Positions 1-9,216 of a stretch of DNA of 64,000 nt are shown here, in pieces (within the stretch, counting starts at the first letter, position 1; each line of letters begins with the position of its first letter). This stretch comes from a virus. The stretch lies in the IMG/VR virus record IMGVR_UViG_3300042563_002299, positions 1-64,000 of that record. One strand, written 5' to 3'. The translations under genes and the position numbers were made by a program. Under the pieces are notes generated by a model, which was given only the letters and a program-made list of their open reading frames with translations, had not been told where the DNA came from and did no database searches.

Positions 1-31
1 GAAATTGTTCTTCTGTAATTATTATTTTCAT
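1..31 (-). CDS. 5' end of a gene running off the window; begins MKIIITEEQF, nearly identical to the N-terminus of the adjacent gene
   Basis: CAT at 29-31; manual translation; starts 2 nt after the stop of 34..411. Confidence 0.7.
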   Translation of the reverse strand, partial: MKIIITEEQF

Positions 32-33
32 AA

Positions 34-411
34 CTATACAATATTGGCACCATTCACCTCTTTTATTTCAAGATCAGGAAACAACCCTTTAAAATAATCA
101 TAAACAGCATTTTTTAAGTGTCTTGACATAATATGGGAAGGTATATAATCTTCCATTTCTCTATCTATTGAATAATCGTAGTATAATGTTTTAGATGGTC
201 TTCTATATACAAATAACGGGTTACCGTTTTCATCCATCAAGTATATTGATTCTCCAGCCCATTTACCCCAACTTTTAACATTTTTAGAAATGGTTTTTAT
301 AAACATCTTCTTATACTTTGGGTATTCGTCAGCGTATTCAGCATCAAAACGATCTCGTCTATAAGTTTCGTTCAATAGTTCAAGTTGTTCTTCGGTGATT
401 ATGATTTTCAT
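34..411 (-). CDS. hypothetical phage protein with MKIIITEEQL N-terminal motif
   Basis: 125 aa ORF; TATTTAT motif at 417-423 upstream. Confidence 0.8.
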   Translation of the reverse strand: MKIIITEEQLELLNETYRRDRFDAEYADEYPKYKKMFIKTISKNVKSWGKWAGESIYLMDENGNPLFVYRRPSKTLYYDYSIDREMEDYIPSHIMSRHLKNAVYDYFKGLFPDLEIKEVNGANIV

Positions 412-434
412 ATAAGATAAATACTTCGTTAAAT

Positions 435-459
435 AAAAAACCCTCCATAAAGGAGGGTT
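435..459 (-). terminator. intrinsic terminator
   Basis: AACCCTCC-ATAAA-GGAGGGTT hairpin, U-run on the minus strand, directly after 472..1848. Confidence 0.8.
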
Positions 460-471
460 ATGTTTTTAAAC

Positions 472-1848
472 TTAATCAAAGATGTGGAAATCATCATCTT
501 GTTCCGCTCTTGCGTAAACTGATTGAGGAATTATGTTTTTACCTTTAGCTCCAGGTATGTTAACAACCATAAGTTCCGGCATGTTACCGATACATTCAGG
601 TAATGGTTGTAAATTAGGGTTGTCAGGTAATGAAAGGTATTGTAATTTAGGTAAACTACAAATTGATTCAGGAATTGAGGCAACACATCCTACCAAATTC
701 AATGCTGCCAAATTTCTAAATCTAGAAATATCATCCGGAATATTCAAAGCAAAATTTGTATCCTTTTTAGTATTCTTGAATGTGAATCTTTCAAGATCTG
801 CCGGTAATGTTTCAAAAAACTCATCAAAACCATATAATGCAATGAACTTAGATGCTGAATCACTTGGGTAATCTACCTGTACTTTTTTACCTTTTTCACC
901 TGTCAATGCCTTCATAAATTCAGGTTTGAAGAATTGTTTTAACCCTTCTTCATTTGTATTTAAGAATTGAGTTAAGTCAATTTGTCTATCTGATGGATCC
1001 ATAAATTGATTAGATGGGAAGTGAAACTGATAACGAAGTGCTGGAAGACCAGATACATCACCAAATTCTTTACCACCTTGATGTTGAGCCCCTTTGTTTG
1101 GAATTACAACATACAAAGGCCCATCCTTAATATAACGATCAAACCAAGTAAGACCAGGTGATGATGTACACCATCTTGTTTCACCTTTAGATGGTTCTTG
1201 GTAGTTACCACCGTAGAAACATGCCGCGTTTTTACCTATTTGACCTGTGTCTGAGATTTTAGCCACAGTCCAATCTTGACCACGATAAACAACATCAGCA
1301 CCAGGGTGCTCATATGTTTTAGACGCTTCTTTTTTCTCTTCAGCAGTCGCTTTAGTTTTCTCTAAACTAAAGTCCTTAACTTGATCGTATAATGTATCAA
1401 CAGTCAACTTATTAATATCACGTAACTCTTGAGGTAATCTATTTTTGAATCTTTCAAATTTTTGTAAGTCACCAGTCACCTTATACAAATCCTCCATAAA
1501 AAGATCTCTATATTCTTTAAGTGCCGATTTATATTGACCTGATTGAGGATCCAAAATATTTAATGGGTGATTTGGTTCCAATTTAGGTTTGATAAAGTTT
1601 TTCAATAACCATTGGACGTATTTACCGATTTTAACACGGTCCATATCGTTAGGTGTGGCGTTGTCAGCATCCATTCCATCAGGAAACTTTGATGTTGGGT
1701 CAGCCGCGATCAACGCAAACAATGTTTCAAAAGGCAATAACCCTTTTTTACCTTTCTCTTTTGGTTTAACGAATTTGTCAAAAAGAACTTGGAATCTCGA
1801 ATTTTCGACGATAAGATCTTTCAATAAGTTTGTAAATAGCATTGACAT
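472..1848 (-). CDS. phage protein with central PcfJ-like (WCTS..Y) domain and C-terminal leucine-rich repeats
   Basis: ETRWCTSSPGLTWFDRY motif; LRR pattern IPESICSLPKLQYLSLPDNPNLQPLPECIGNMPEL. Confidence 0.6.
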   Translation of the reverse strand: MSMLFTNLLKDLIVENSRFQVLFDKFVKPKEKGKKGLLPFETLFALIAADPTSKFPDGMDADNATPNDMDRVKIGKYVQWLLKNFIKPKLEPNHPLNILDPQSGQYKSALKEYRDLFMEDLYKVTGDLQKFERFKNRLPQELRDINKLTVDTLYDQVKDFSLEKTKATAEEKKEASKTYEHPGADVVYRGQDWTVAKISDTGQIGKNAACFYGGNYQEPSKGETRWCTSSPGLTWFDRYIKDGPLYVVIPNKGAQHQGGKEFGDVSGLPALRYQFHFPSNQFMDPSDRQIDLTQFLNTNEEGLKQFFKPEFMKALTGEKGKKVQVDYPSDSASKFIALYGFDEFFETLPADLERFTFKNTKKDTNFALNIPDDISRFRNLAALNLVGCVASIPESICSLPKLQYLSLPDNPNLQPLPECIGNMPELMVVNIPGAKGKNIIPQSVYARAEQDDDFHIFD

Positions 1849-1886
1849 GATTTTTTTATTAATAAATATTTGTAATTAAGAAAAAA

Positions 1887-2726
1887 TTAGTAATTCATAA
1901 TAAGTAATTCCTCACCCATGTTTTGTTTTTCACCTTTCTTGGCTGAAGCCGCTTTAGCAAACTCCTTTTTAACCCAAGTATATTGGTCCTCAGGGAACCA
2001 TTCTTTAAGAATGTCAAAGTCATAATAAGATAAAGAGAACTTACCTTGTACGTTGTGTAATACGTTCGCCAAACGCTCGTGGTCTTCTCTATCAAAGTCG
2101 TGATTTGAATAGTAGTTCTCTGTTTTCCAATAAGGTGGATCCAAATAAATGTAGGTAGTTGGTGAGTCGTACTTTTCAATGACATCAGCGAAGTCCATAT
2201 TCTCTACTTCTGTAATCTTAAGGAAATGTTCAATCCAATCAGGTTTCATTAATTTGTCCCTAAAAGTAAGATATTTTGACTTATACTTCCCTTTTAGATC
2301 AATAAAATTTGATTTTTCAGGTTTTGAACCACTGAAAACCTGTGTAAGAATATAAACGTATTTAGCCGCAACTTCATAATTACCAGGTTCTACCCTGAAA
2401 TTTTCAGCGAATAATTCAGCCTGAAAGCTGATAAATTGTTCTTTATATATTGGTGGTGTTGGTGTCTCACCCAACTTTTGACAATCGATTGCGTTAATGG
2501 CTTTCAATAGTTCGGTTGGGTTTTGAACACACTTGAAGAGGTTGTAGTTCAGCGGGTTAAAGTCATTATACACAACTTTTTTTAGGTTTGGGAACTGTTT
2601 TAGGTCCATATTAAAAAAACACCAAAACATTCCGCCAAAGGTCTCTACATAAACCTCCATATCTTTATCGTAAAATGGAACAATCCATTTACCAATTTTA
2701 CTCTTACCTCCTATATAACTTAACAT
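1887..2726 (-). CDS. dam: DNA adenine methyltransferase, Dam/D12 class
   Basis: N-terminal YIGGKS, YVETFGG motif I, YND, catalytic YLDPPY. Confidence 0.9.
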   Translation of the reverse strand: MLSYIGGKSKIGKWIVPFYDKDMEVYVETFGGMFWCFFNMDLKQFPNLKKVVYNDFNPLNYNLFKCVQNPTELLKAINAIDCQKLGETPTPPIYKEQFISFQAELFAENFRVEPGNYEVAAKYVYILTQVFSGSKPEKSNFIDLKGKYKSKYLTFRDKLMKPDWIEHFLKITEVENMDFADVIEKYDSPTTYIYLDPPYWKTENYYSNHDFDREDHERLANVLHNVQGKFSLSYYDFDILKEWFPEDQYTWVKKEFAKAASAKKGEKQNMGEELLIMNY

Positions 2727-2730
2727 GATA

Positions 2731-2761
2731 CAAATATATATAAGAAACCCAAATTAATCAA
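2731..2761 (-). promoter_or_regulatory. host-type promoter for dam (TTGATT-N17-TATATTTG)
   Basis: minus-strand TATATTTG matches the Bacteroidota -7 element TAnnTTTG, 4 nt before the ATG. Confidence 0.55.
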
Positions 2762-2784
2762 CTTCAAATATTTTTTAAAAAAGT

Positions 2785-2815
2785 TTTGGCAAACTCAATA
2801 ATATACTTATCTTTG
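2785..2815 (+). promoter_or_regulatory. Bacteroidota sigma-A type promoter TTTG-N19-TATCTTTG driving ncRNA-1
   Basis: exact match to the -33/-7 consensus with canonical spacing. Confidence 0.7.
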
Positions 2816-2819
2816 TAGG

Positions 2820-2955
2820 GTGTTTAACACACAGGGAATGTCAGCCCTCCCACTCGAAAGCTGACCACAAGTATTTAGTGATGTAAATACAAGGTTGATC
2901 ACCTCAATTCAGTGAATGAAATAATCTTAACCCCACTCAAAAGGTGGGGTTTGTT
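2820..2955 (+). ncRNA. structured small RNA, copy 1 (unrecognised family)
   Basis: promoter upstream; hairpins GTCAGC/GCTGAC, GTATTTA/TAAATAC, AGGT/ACCT, ATTC/GAAT; terminator; paralog at 12670-12797. Confidence 0.7.
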
Positions 2956-2956
2956 G
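2929..2956 (+). terminator. intrinsic terminator ending ncRNA-1
   Basis: AACCCCAC-TCAAAAG-GTGGGGTT followed by a T-rich tail. Confidence 0.75.
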
Positions 2957-2968
2957 TATTTATATAAT

Positions 2969-3454
2969 ATGAAACTGTTAAGAGTATTAGAATCCATTCT
3001 TTTTGAATCCAAACGTATTAAATTGAGTTCTTTCCAAGATGACGATGGAGACGTATTTAATGTGATTGCAACCATACATACTCAAGATGGCGTAAATAAA
3101 AGTTCTGTCTCAGCAACAAGGGTTGATATTGATTTAATAAATGATGTGATTGATGAGTATCAAGATATATTTTCTCAACTTACTAAATCTATCGAGGAAG
3201 ACATTAATAAAGAATCTATTTTTGTTAGAGATTCTGGTAATCGATTTGATTTTATTATAAATCCAGAATATGTTAATGGTAAATATAATTTAATGATTAC
3301 GACATCAATGAATCACCCCGAAAAATTGAACGTAAAACCGGAAAATAAGTTTGTAATATTCACAAGTGGTGGTGATACCATAATAAAAGAACAAATAGAC
3401 TTCAATAACTTTACTAAAATAGTAAGAGGGGATATAATTATTTATATAATTTAA
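2969..3454 (+). CDS. hypothetical protein (start revised to ATG 2969)
   Basis: TATTTAT at 2957-2963 precedes MKLLRVLESILFE; the longer start at 2912 would run through the ncRNA terminator. Confidence 0.75.
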   Translation: MKLLRVLESILFESKRIKLSSFQDDDGDVFNVIATIHTQDGVNKSSVSATRVDIDLINDVIDEYQDIFSQLTKSIEEDINKESIFVRDSGNRFDFIINPEYVNGKYNLMITTSMNHPEKLNVKPENKFVIFTSGGDTIIKEQIDFNNFTKIVRGDIIIYII

Positions 3455-3457
3455 ATT

Positions 3458-3619
3458 ATGGAAAACCAAAAACCAACAGAAGTTAAATGTAGAGCTTGTG
3501 AAGAAAGTAAACAAGTTCAAAATACTCAAAAATTTGTCCTTATTGGTGGTGGTCTATTTTTCTTTTTTGGGGTATATGGTATTATTTCCGCAATTAGAGA
3601 CCTTCTTTCACTAATTTAA
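3458..3619 (+). CDS. 53-aa membrane protein with CxxC (not in ORF track)
   Basis: MENQKPTEVKCRACEESKQVQNTQKFVLIGGGLFFFFGVYGIISAIRDLLSLI; TATTTAT at 3439-3445. Confidence 0.7.
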   Translation: MENQKPTEVKCRACEESKQVQNTQKFVLIGGGLFFFFGVYGIISAIRDLLSLI

Positions 3620-4542
3620 TCCCTCTCAAATTTAACAAACTGATTGATCATTAGATCACCTATAGTTTCTAATCTAAACCCTTTAGACTTAACCCTTAAT
3701 GGAATTGATGTGTCAACTTTTTTAGGCATCTTAATAGTTAATTCACCATCAGGATGTGGGACAACTAAATTACCTTCCTTAAGGTCTTGAATGTTTAAAA
3801 ACGCATTATACACAAGGTGATTACCTATCTTGTCAAAATTATCTTGTGGTTTCAAACCAATTCTAACAACTAAGTCACCATATATTCCATTTCTAAAATC
3901 TCCCATTCCTTGAAGTCGTAAGAACTGCCCGTTATCCGCCCCGTGTGGTAATGATATATCAAGGCTCTTCATTTCAGGTTTTGATCCCGTACCACTACAC
4001 ATAAAACATGGGTTAATTAATTTATGTCCAGTACCACGACAAGTATCACAAGCCATCTGTATCAACTGAACGAACATTCCTGACCCCATTTGTCTAACAA
4101 CATTACCGGATCCACCACAAGTGTTACAGGTGGTCTTATCTCCACCACCACCATTACAAGGTTCACACATGACTTGTCTACGATATGATAACGTATGTTT
4201 GTTGGCTCTATAAGAATCTAAAACACCAATATTAACGGTGATGTTTGAGGTATGTACCGGTCTTTGATTGTTGGTTTGTTTTCTATTACCAAACATCTGT
4301 GAGAACATATCACCCATATCACCAAATCCACCAAACGGATTTTTTCTTTGGGTATCATACTGTTGTCTTTTTTGTTCGTCACCAATTGTATCGTAAGCCA
4401 CGGATATTTTCTTAAAAACTTCCTCATTACCTCCAGCATCAGGGTGGTTTTCTTTCGCCAACTTTCGATAAGCTTTTTTGATCTCATCTTGAGTGGCGGT
4501 TTCCGTTACCCCCAATACCTCGTAAAAATTTTCATTATTCAT
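3616..4542 (-). CDS. dnaJ: DnaJ (Hsp40) co-chaperone
   Basis: J-domain with HPD, G/F-rich linker, four CxxCxGxG repeats, C-terminal LRLQGMG/GDL domain. Confidence 0.93.
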   Translation of the reverse strand: MNNENFYEVLGVTETATQDEIKKAYRKLAKENHPDAGGNEEVFKKISVAYDTIGDEQKRQQYDTQRKNPFGGFGDMGDMFSQMFGNRKQTNNQRPVHTSNITVNIGVLDSYRANKHTLSYRRQVMCEPCNGGGGDKTTCNTCGGSGNVVRQMGSGMFVQLIQMACDTCRGTGHKLINPCFMCSGTGSKPEMKSLDISLPHGADNGQFLRLQGMGDFRNGIYGDLVVRIGLKPQDNFDKIGNHLVYNAFLNIQDLKEGNLVVPHPDGELTIKMPKKVDTSIPLRVKSKGFRLETIGDLMINQFVKFERD

Positions 4543-4571
4543 TTATTATGAGAAATTATTATTATTGTTTT

Positions 4572-5210
4572 ATGAATTACCTTGTGGTATTGTTTAAAAA
4601 TAAGGAAAGAAAGAAAATAATCAACCGATTTAAAACCTTTGATCGAGCTGATGCCTTTTATAATAAAATGGTGGAGGAAAATAAGTCGGTAATTTTTGAA
4701 ACAATGGTTGAAAATGCTAGACCTTGTGATTATGAACTTTGTTTAATTAAGAGACAAGACGATAACTTTGAAAAGTTATTTGTTAAAGATGATTTTGGTA
4801 GACAAATATTAGTAGATCTTGATGATCCCGAATATAAAATAATGAGGGTGTCCAAATATAAAGTCCCTGAAAAAATATTTGATGTTAACCAAAATAAGAA
4901 GATAACGACTGAGGAATTTATAAAAAAATATCTACCAAAAAACACAATAAAGTTAATATCGAGATTAAATAACAAAGTTGCCGTTCAAAACGACGATAAC
5001 GTTAAATTATTTTCATTAAAAGATGAGGATGAATCTCGTAGATTTTTAGAGAACCTTAATGATTATTTGATTGATAATGGGAGGGGTGATGCAATTATTG
5101 TTATTGAAACAAGTAAACCACAAAAAAAGTATCTGTATGATATTCTATCAGGAATGGGTTTTAGTAAACAATCACTTTACAGAAGGTCCACCACCTACAA
5201 ACCTAGATAA
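4572..5210 (+). CDS. hypothetical protein
   Basis: ORF divergent from dnaJ; start could be 4548 or 4572. Confidence 0.7.
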   Translation: MNYLVVLFKNKERKKIINRFKTFDRADAFYNKMVEENKSVIFETMVENARPCDYELCLIKRQDDNFEKLFVKDDFGRQILVDLDDPEYKIMRVSKYKVPEKIFDVNQNKKITTEEFIKKYLPKNTIKLISRLNNKVAVQNDDNVKLFSLKDEDESRRFLENLNDYLIDNGRGDAIIVIETSKPQKKYLYDILSGMGFSKQSLYRRSTTYKPR

Positions 5211-5492
5211 GAATCTTTTAAATAGGCTAACAGGTTTTTTTGGTTCTTCAAACTTATTGTAATCAATACTTTCTTCATGTATAAAGACGTGTTCAACACC
5301 TGACATGTCGATTGAAAACTTCTTATGTCCTCTATCTATTTTTCTAAAGTTACTTTGTACTTTTTTAAAGTCATCGTCATCCAATTCAAAGACACAAATC
5401 ATTTTTCCGTCAGGAAATAGGGTTTGCATAGCATCTGTTATCAATGCTAAATTTTCTAATACCCCATCAGTACTTTTTTTATCTTCTTCCAT
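5172..5492 (-). CDS. hypothetical protein
   Basis: 106 aa ORF in an overlapping operon. Confidence 0.7.
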   Translation of the reverse strand: MEEDKKSTDGVLENLALITDAMQTLFPDGKMICVFELDDDDFKKVQSNFRKIDRGHKKFSIDMSGVEHVFIHEESIDYNKFEEPKKPVSLFKRFLSRFVGGGPSVK

Positions 5493-5659
5493 AACGTTAG
5501 TTTTTCCTTAGGTTTTGCAATATCTTCTTTTCTGAAGTCTTTCAAAGATTCGATAATTCTTTGTTTCTCTTTGTTTAATTCCGATCTATCTTTTTCAATC
5601 TCGTTCTTCAACCAGTCTATCGCTTGTTCCTCTCGTGTTGATAACTTCTTCTCCATCAT
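5456..5659 (-). CDS. hypothetical coiled-coil protein
   Basis: 67 aa ORF overlapping its neighbours. Confidence 0.65.
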   Translation of the reverse strand: MMEKKLSTREEQAIDWLKNEIEKDRSELNKEKQRIIESLKDFRKEDIAKPKEKLTLWKKIKKVLMGY

Positions 5660-6029
5660 CTATTTTTTCTTCAAGTATGTCAAATTTTAAAGATTGTAAA
5701 TTATCAAGTTTTTCACTTTCAAATATTTTCTTTAATTCATCAATCTTTTGTTTTAATAATTTTTCTTTCATTTCAATCTCTTTGTTATAAGCGACTATGT
5801 TTTTAATATTCTCAACCGTATTATTTAGTTGTTTTTCGTCAAACTCACTAACAAATGAAAAAAATCTAAACCCATCATTTACCTTATCATTTTCAACAAT
5901 TTTGTCTTCTTGGACAAATCTTTTAGGTATTTTCCAATGATTAGGAAATTCTATGTCAATAGTAAGATAATGTTTCAATTTTCTTACTGAAACTAAAAAC
6001 TGAAATATATCTTTAAGTTCGTTATACAT
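5595..6029 (-). CDS. hypothetical protein
   Basis: 144 aa ORF. Confidence 0.7.
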   Translation of the reverse strand: MYNELKDIFQFLVSVRKLKHYLTIDIEFPNHWKIPKRFVQEDKIVENDKVNDGFRFFSFVSEFDEKQLNNTVENIKNIVAYNKEIEMKEKLLKQKIDELKKIFESEKLDNLQSLKFDILEEKIDDGEEVINTRGTSDRLVEERD

Positions 6030-6030
6030 A

Positions 6031-6225
6031 TTATATTATGTTTGTTATAAAATAAGTTATAAGATAAGAAATAAAGAAGTAATTGGATATTTTTTCGATT
6101 CTATTATAAATAATTTGTTTCGGGTCATCGCTAAATATACCGGCAATAACTTTAAAAAGTAAGTTTACCACGAATACACACGATAAAACAAATCCAAACA
6201 ATAGTAAAATATCCAATCCCTTCAT
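6031..6225 (-). CDS. small two-TM membrane protein
   Basis: two hydrophobic segments in 64 aa. Confidence 0.65.
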   Translation of the reverse strand: MKGLDILLLFGFVLSCVFVVNLLFKVIAGIFSDDPKQIIYNRIEKISNYFFISYLITYFITNII

Positions 6226-6231
6226 AGTTAA

Positions 6232-6402
6232 TTATTTTTTTCTTTCTTCAAGAATCTCACCTCTTAATTGTTGTATAAGATTTTTTAAATCTTGTGATGT
6301 TTTTCTAGCTCTTGTTCCGGCACTTTTATTACCAGCGTAAAACTTAGTAACATCTACACTCAATTGTTCAGTAAGGTCTTTAATTTTTTCTAAAGTTTCC
6401 AT
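6232..6402 (-). CDS. histone H1-like nucleoid protein, Hc1 family (not in ORF track)
   Basis: METLEKIKDLTEQLSVDVTKFYAGNKSAGTRARKTSQDLKNLIQQLRGEILEERKK; GNKxAGTRARK signature. Confidence 0.85.
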   Translation of the reverse strand: METLEKIKDLTEQLSVDVTKFYAGNKSAGTRARKTSQDLKNLIQQLRGEILEERKK

Positions 6403-6465
6403 GTTAACGTAAAAAATTAATGTTTATTAGGTATAAAATAATTACCCACATTGACTTTGTAAAGG

Positions 6466-6939
6466 TTATACGATTAGATTTTTATCCAAAGTTTTGTATA
6501 TGTTGTAGATTAAATCCAAGTCAACCTGAGTAAATGGTTTGTCTCTGTTAAATAAGTCATTGAAGAATACATCTATTGAGTTTCTAACGTCGTCTTTATT
6601 TTGGGTATAATAAATCTCCATAAAAAGATTAAGGAAGTACTCGTAGTGTTCCCCTTTGGGTTCGAATTTTATGTTTTCTTTTTGGAAATTTTCTATTGTT
6701 TTGTTCCAACACCAATCAAAATGGTTTTGATTGTCTTCTGATGTCATTTTAACTTTAGTTTCGTTAAAGTTGTCATCATAACCTAAATAAGTGGTTTTAA
6801 TCAACAGATATAAACTATAGGAGAGATCGTAATATAATTCCATCTTCTCCGGTATAATATTATTGATCCTGAACCAGATGTCAACTTGTTCAGGATCAAG
6901 ATTTTTTGTTATGTAATTAAGAAAGTTATCCATAGTCAA
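6466..6939 (-). CDS. hypothetical protein
   Basis: 157 aa ORF. Confidence 0.75.
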   Translation of the reverse strand: MTMDNFLNYITKNLDPEQVDIWFRINNIIPEKMELYYDLSYSLYLLIKTTYLGYDDNFNETKVKMTSEDNQNHFDWCWNKTIENFQKENIKFEPKGEHYEYFLNLFMEIYYTQNKDDVRNSIDVFFNDLFNRDKPFTQVDLDLIYNIYKTLDKNLIV

Positions 6940-6981
6940 TTTACTATGAACAAATTATAAATGAAGACCGGCTATTGTAAA

Positions 6982-8427
6982 TTATTGGGTCTTTCTATTA
7001 TAACCCATTAGCCCTTGAATTCTATCAAATTCTTCGTTTAGTTTTGTAACTTGTTTTTCATTTGTGCTCTCCTCTAACTTATTCAAAACTGATTGCGATG
7101 TCTTCTTTCCTCTTTTTGATTTTAAAGAACCTCTTTCAGTTTTTTCACCAGCTTGGTCAACCGGTTGAGGTTGTCTTTTGTAAGAAGCATCTTGTTGTTC
7201 TTGACCGTATAGATTGTCTTTAAAGTTTTTAAAGAATTTTTCTCCAACCTCACTTGGTACTACGTTACCTAAAGCGTTTCCGTCTTTATCTACTTGAGCA
7301 TTACCAGTTTTAGCCGAACCTTTTAAATTCGCTTCAATCCACTCATCGTTAGGTTTAATCTCATCATATACCAAGTTTGTTTGACCAGGATATGAGAACG
7401 CATCAATATACTCGTCAACAGCATCTGAAGGCGTATATTTCTTTCTATTACCTTTTTCTAACCCCCCATTTTCAGTTGGGAACTTTTGAGTTTCTTTCAT
7501 TTCGTACTTAGATGCTTTATCGGAAGCACCTTTAAGGTAGTCAGTCATTTTTTTAGCAACACTTTTTAGATAATCTTCATTTTCTTTTCCGTCTTGTTTG
7601 TAAGCTTTTTCATATTCTTTGTACCCTTTAGGTTCTTTCATTTTGAATGAGTTCTTTTCCTCATTTACCATTTTTTCAATAAATGAAATTAATTCATTTT
7701 CGGTGAATATTAAACTCTCACTAACTTTATCTTTACCTTTCAATCCTTGCTTTGATTTTTTAGCATCCTTGGCTGCGGATTTCATAGGTTCTTTTTTATT
7801 ACCATCTTTGTCCAAATCTAAAAAATCAGGTTTGCTACCTTCACTGAATTCATTTTTTTCAAATTCAACTTCATATAAAGGTTCGTCGTCTTCTTCTTTC
7901 ATATTACGTAATCTTTTGAAGTCGTCGGCGTCTAACCTACCGTTTTTGTTTTTATCTAGTTTGTTTTGTTTACCATAAAGTTTTTCATCAATCTCCTCTT
8001 CCTGTTCTTCCAATTTGTTCCAATCACTTTCACTATCTAAATCAATTTCCTCCCACTCATCATCATCATCTTCGGTTTCATCATCATAGTCTGCTCTTAA
8101 CAAATCTTCTAATTCGTCTTTAGACATTTTTTTAAGATTCATTTTACCAAATCTTGGGTGATCAGTATCCATACCACCAAGTTCCATAACTTCGTTTTTT
8201 GAACCACACTGTTCACAAACCTCACCATCACCTTCGGTCATTTCGTTACCACATTGTTCACAAACTTCACCATCACCTTCTTGTACATAATCTGTTGGTC
8301 CACCTGGCGGATCAAAAGGTACCTCTTTATCTAAATTAAGTTTAGTAAGGATCTCGTCTGCCTTTTCGTTAATATTTTCTAATAAGACCTTTTCAAATCT
8401 TGAGCGGATATATTCTGTTCTATTCAT
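6982..8427 (-). CDS. acidic late protein, possibly head internal/scaffold-like, with two CxxC knuckles and two EF-hand-like loops
   Basis: EGDGEVCEQCG twice; LDKNKNGRLDADDF and LDLDKDGNKKE; TATAAATA at 8441-8448. Confidence 0.6.
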   Translation of the reverse strand: MNRTEYIRSRFEKVLLENINEKADEILTKLNLDKEVPFDPPGGPTDYVQEGDGEVCEQCGNEMTEGDGEVCEQCGSKNEVMELGGMDTDHPRFGKMNLKKMSKDELEDLLRADYDDETEDDDDEWEEIDLDSESDWNKLEEQEEEIDEKLYGKQNKLDKNKNGRLDADDFKRLRNMKEEDDEPLYEVEFEKNEFSEGSKPDFLDLDKDGNKKEPMKSAAKDAKKSKQGLKGKDKVSESLIFTENELISFIEKMVNEEKNSFKMKEPKGYKEYEKAYKQDGKENEDYLKSVAKKMTDYLKGASDKASKYEMKETQKFPTENGGLEKGNRKKYTPSDAVDEYIDAFSYPGQTNLVYDEIKPNDEWIEANLKGSAKTGNAQVDKDGNALGNVVPSEVGEKFFKNFKDNLYGQEQQDASYKRQPQPVDQAGEKTERGSLKSKRGKKTSQSVLNKLEESTNEKQVTKLNEEFDRIQGLMGYNRKTQ

Positions 8428-8451
8428 TTCTAATTTTTATTATAAATATCT

Positions 8452-9216
8452 TTATTTTTGTCTTTTTCTAATTTCTTGAAGGACAATCTCTGAAATATAC
8501 TTTTTATCAATCCCAAACCTACCCGAGACACTGTCAATCGCATTTTGTACTGATTCATTTTCAAATATCTTCAGTGCTTTTATGTCTCCTTGATTACAGT
8601 ATGGGAATTTAGTACACTTTTTTTTGACTTGTACTCTTTTAGCTCCCGGCATATATTTTGTTGATGCTCCCTTCCAATTCTTTTTACTCATGGATTTCGC
8701 CCATATTGCTGGTTGACTATATTCTCCTGATGAAGATGCTCCCGTAGCCTCTTTAGTTTCAGCCTTTGTTGTTTCACCATCAGTTAGTCCTGTCTCACCA
8801 TCACTTTCTAATTGTTCTCTAACGGTTTTCACACCTTTTACTATATCACCCTTTGTTGTTGAGAATAACGGCATTGAGTATCCTCCGGCTGACGCGGCCC
8901 CCATAGCTTCGGTATTTTCTTCTTTTTTTGTTGTTTTATTATCAAGAATTGCGGTTAAAAACTCTCTTAATTCCTCAGAATTTTTAAGGTATTCTTTAAT
9001 CTTACTTCTTATCTGATTATTTGATAATTTTTTATTTTTTATCAATTTGTAGATTTCACCGATATCTTTTTTGTCTTTCAAAAAATCTAAATAATGTTTT
9101 GTTTCCTCATTGACATTAGCCTTATCAATTGCCTTGATAACATCTCTTCTTGCTTGAGGTTCTGAAGCCAAGTTACTTGTAACGGCATCCTTAAGTTTTG
9201 TGATTACATCTTCCAT
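8452..9216 (-). CDS. hypothetical protein
   Basis: 254 aa; repeated EAxGAxSxGxYSxP motif and CTKFPYC. Confidence 0.75.
   Translation of the reverse strand: MEDVITKLKDAVTSNLASEPQARRDVIKAIDKANVNEETKHYLDFLKDKKDIGEIYKLIKNKKLSNNQIRSKIKEYLKNSEELREFLTAILDNKTTKKEENTEAMGAASAGGYSMPLFSTTKGDIVKGVKTVREQLESDGETGLTDGETTKAETKEATGASSSGEYSQPAIWAKSMSKKNWKGASTKYMPGAKRVQVKKKCTKFPYCNQGDIKALKIFENESVQNAIDSVSGRFGIDKKYISEIVLQEIRKRQK

Noticed and set aside
2820-2955. ncRNA-1 as a tRNA or a c-di-GMP-type riboswitch
   Set aside because: No acceptor stem or TTC T-loop; the resemblance to a GEMM motif is superficial, and the downstream gene has its own promoter after the terminator.
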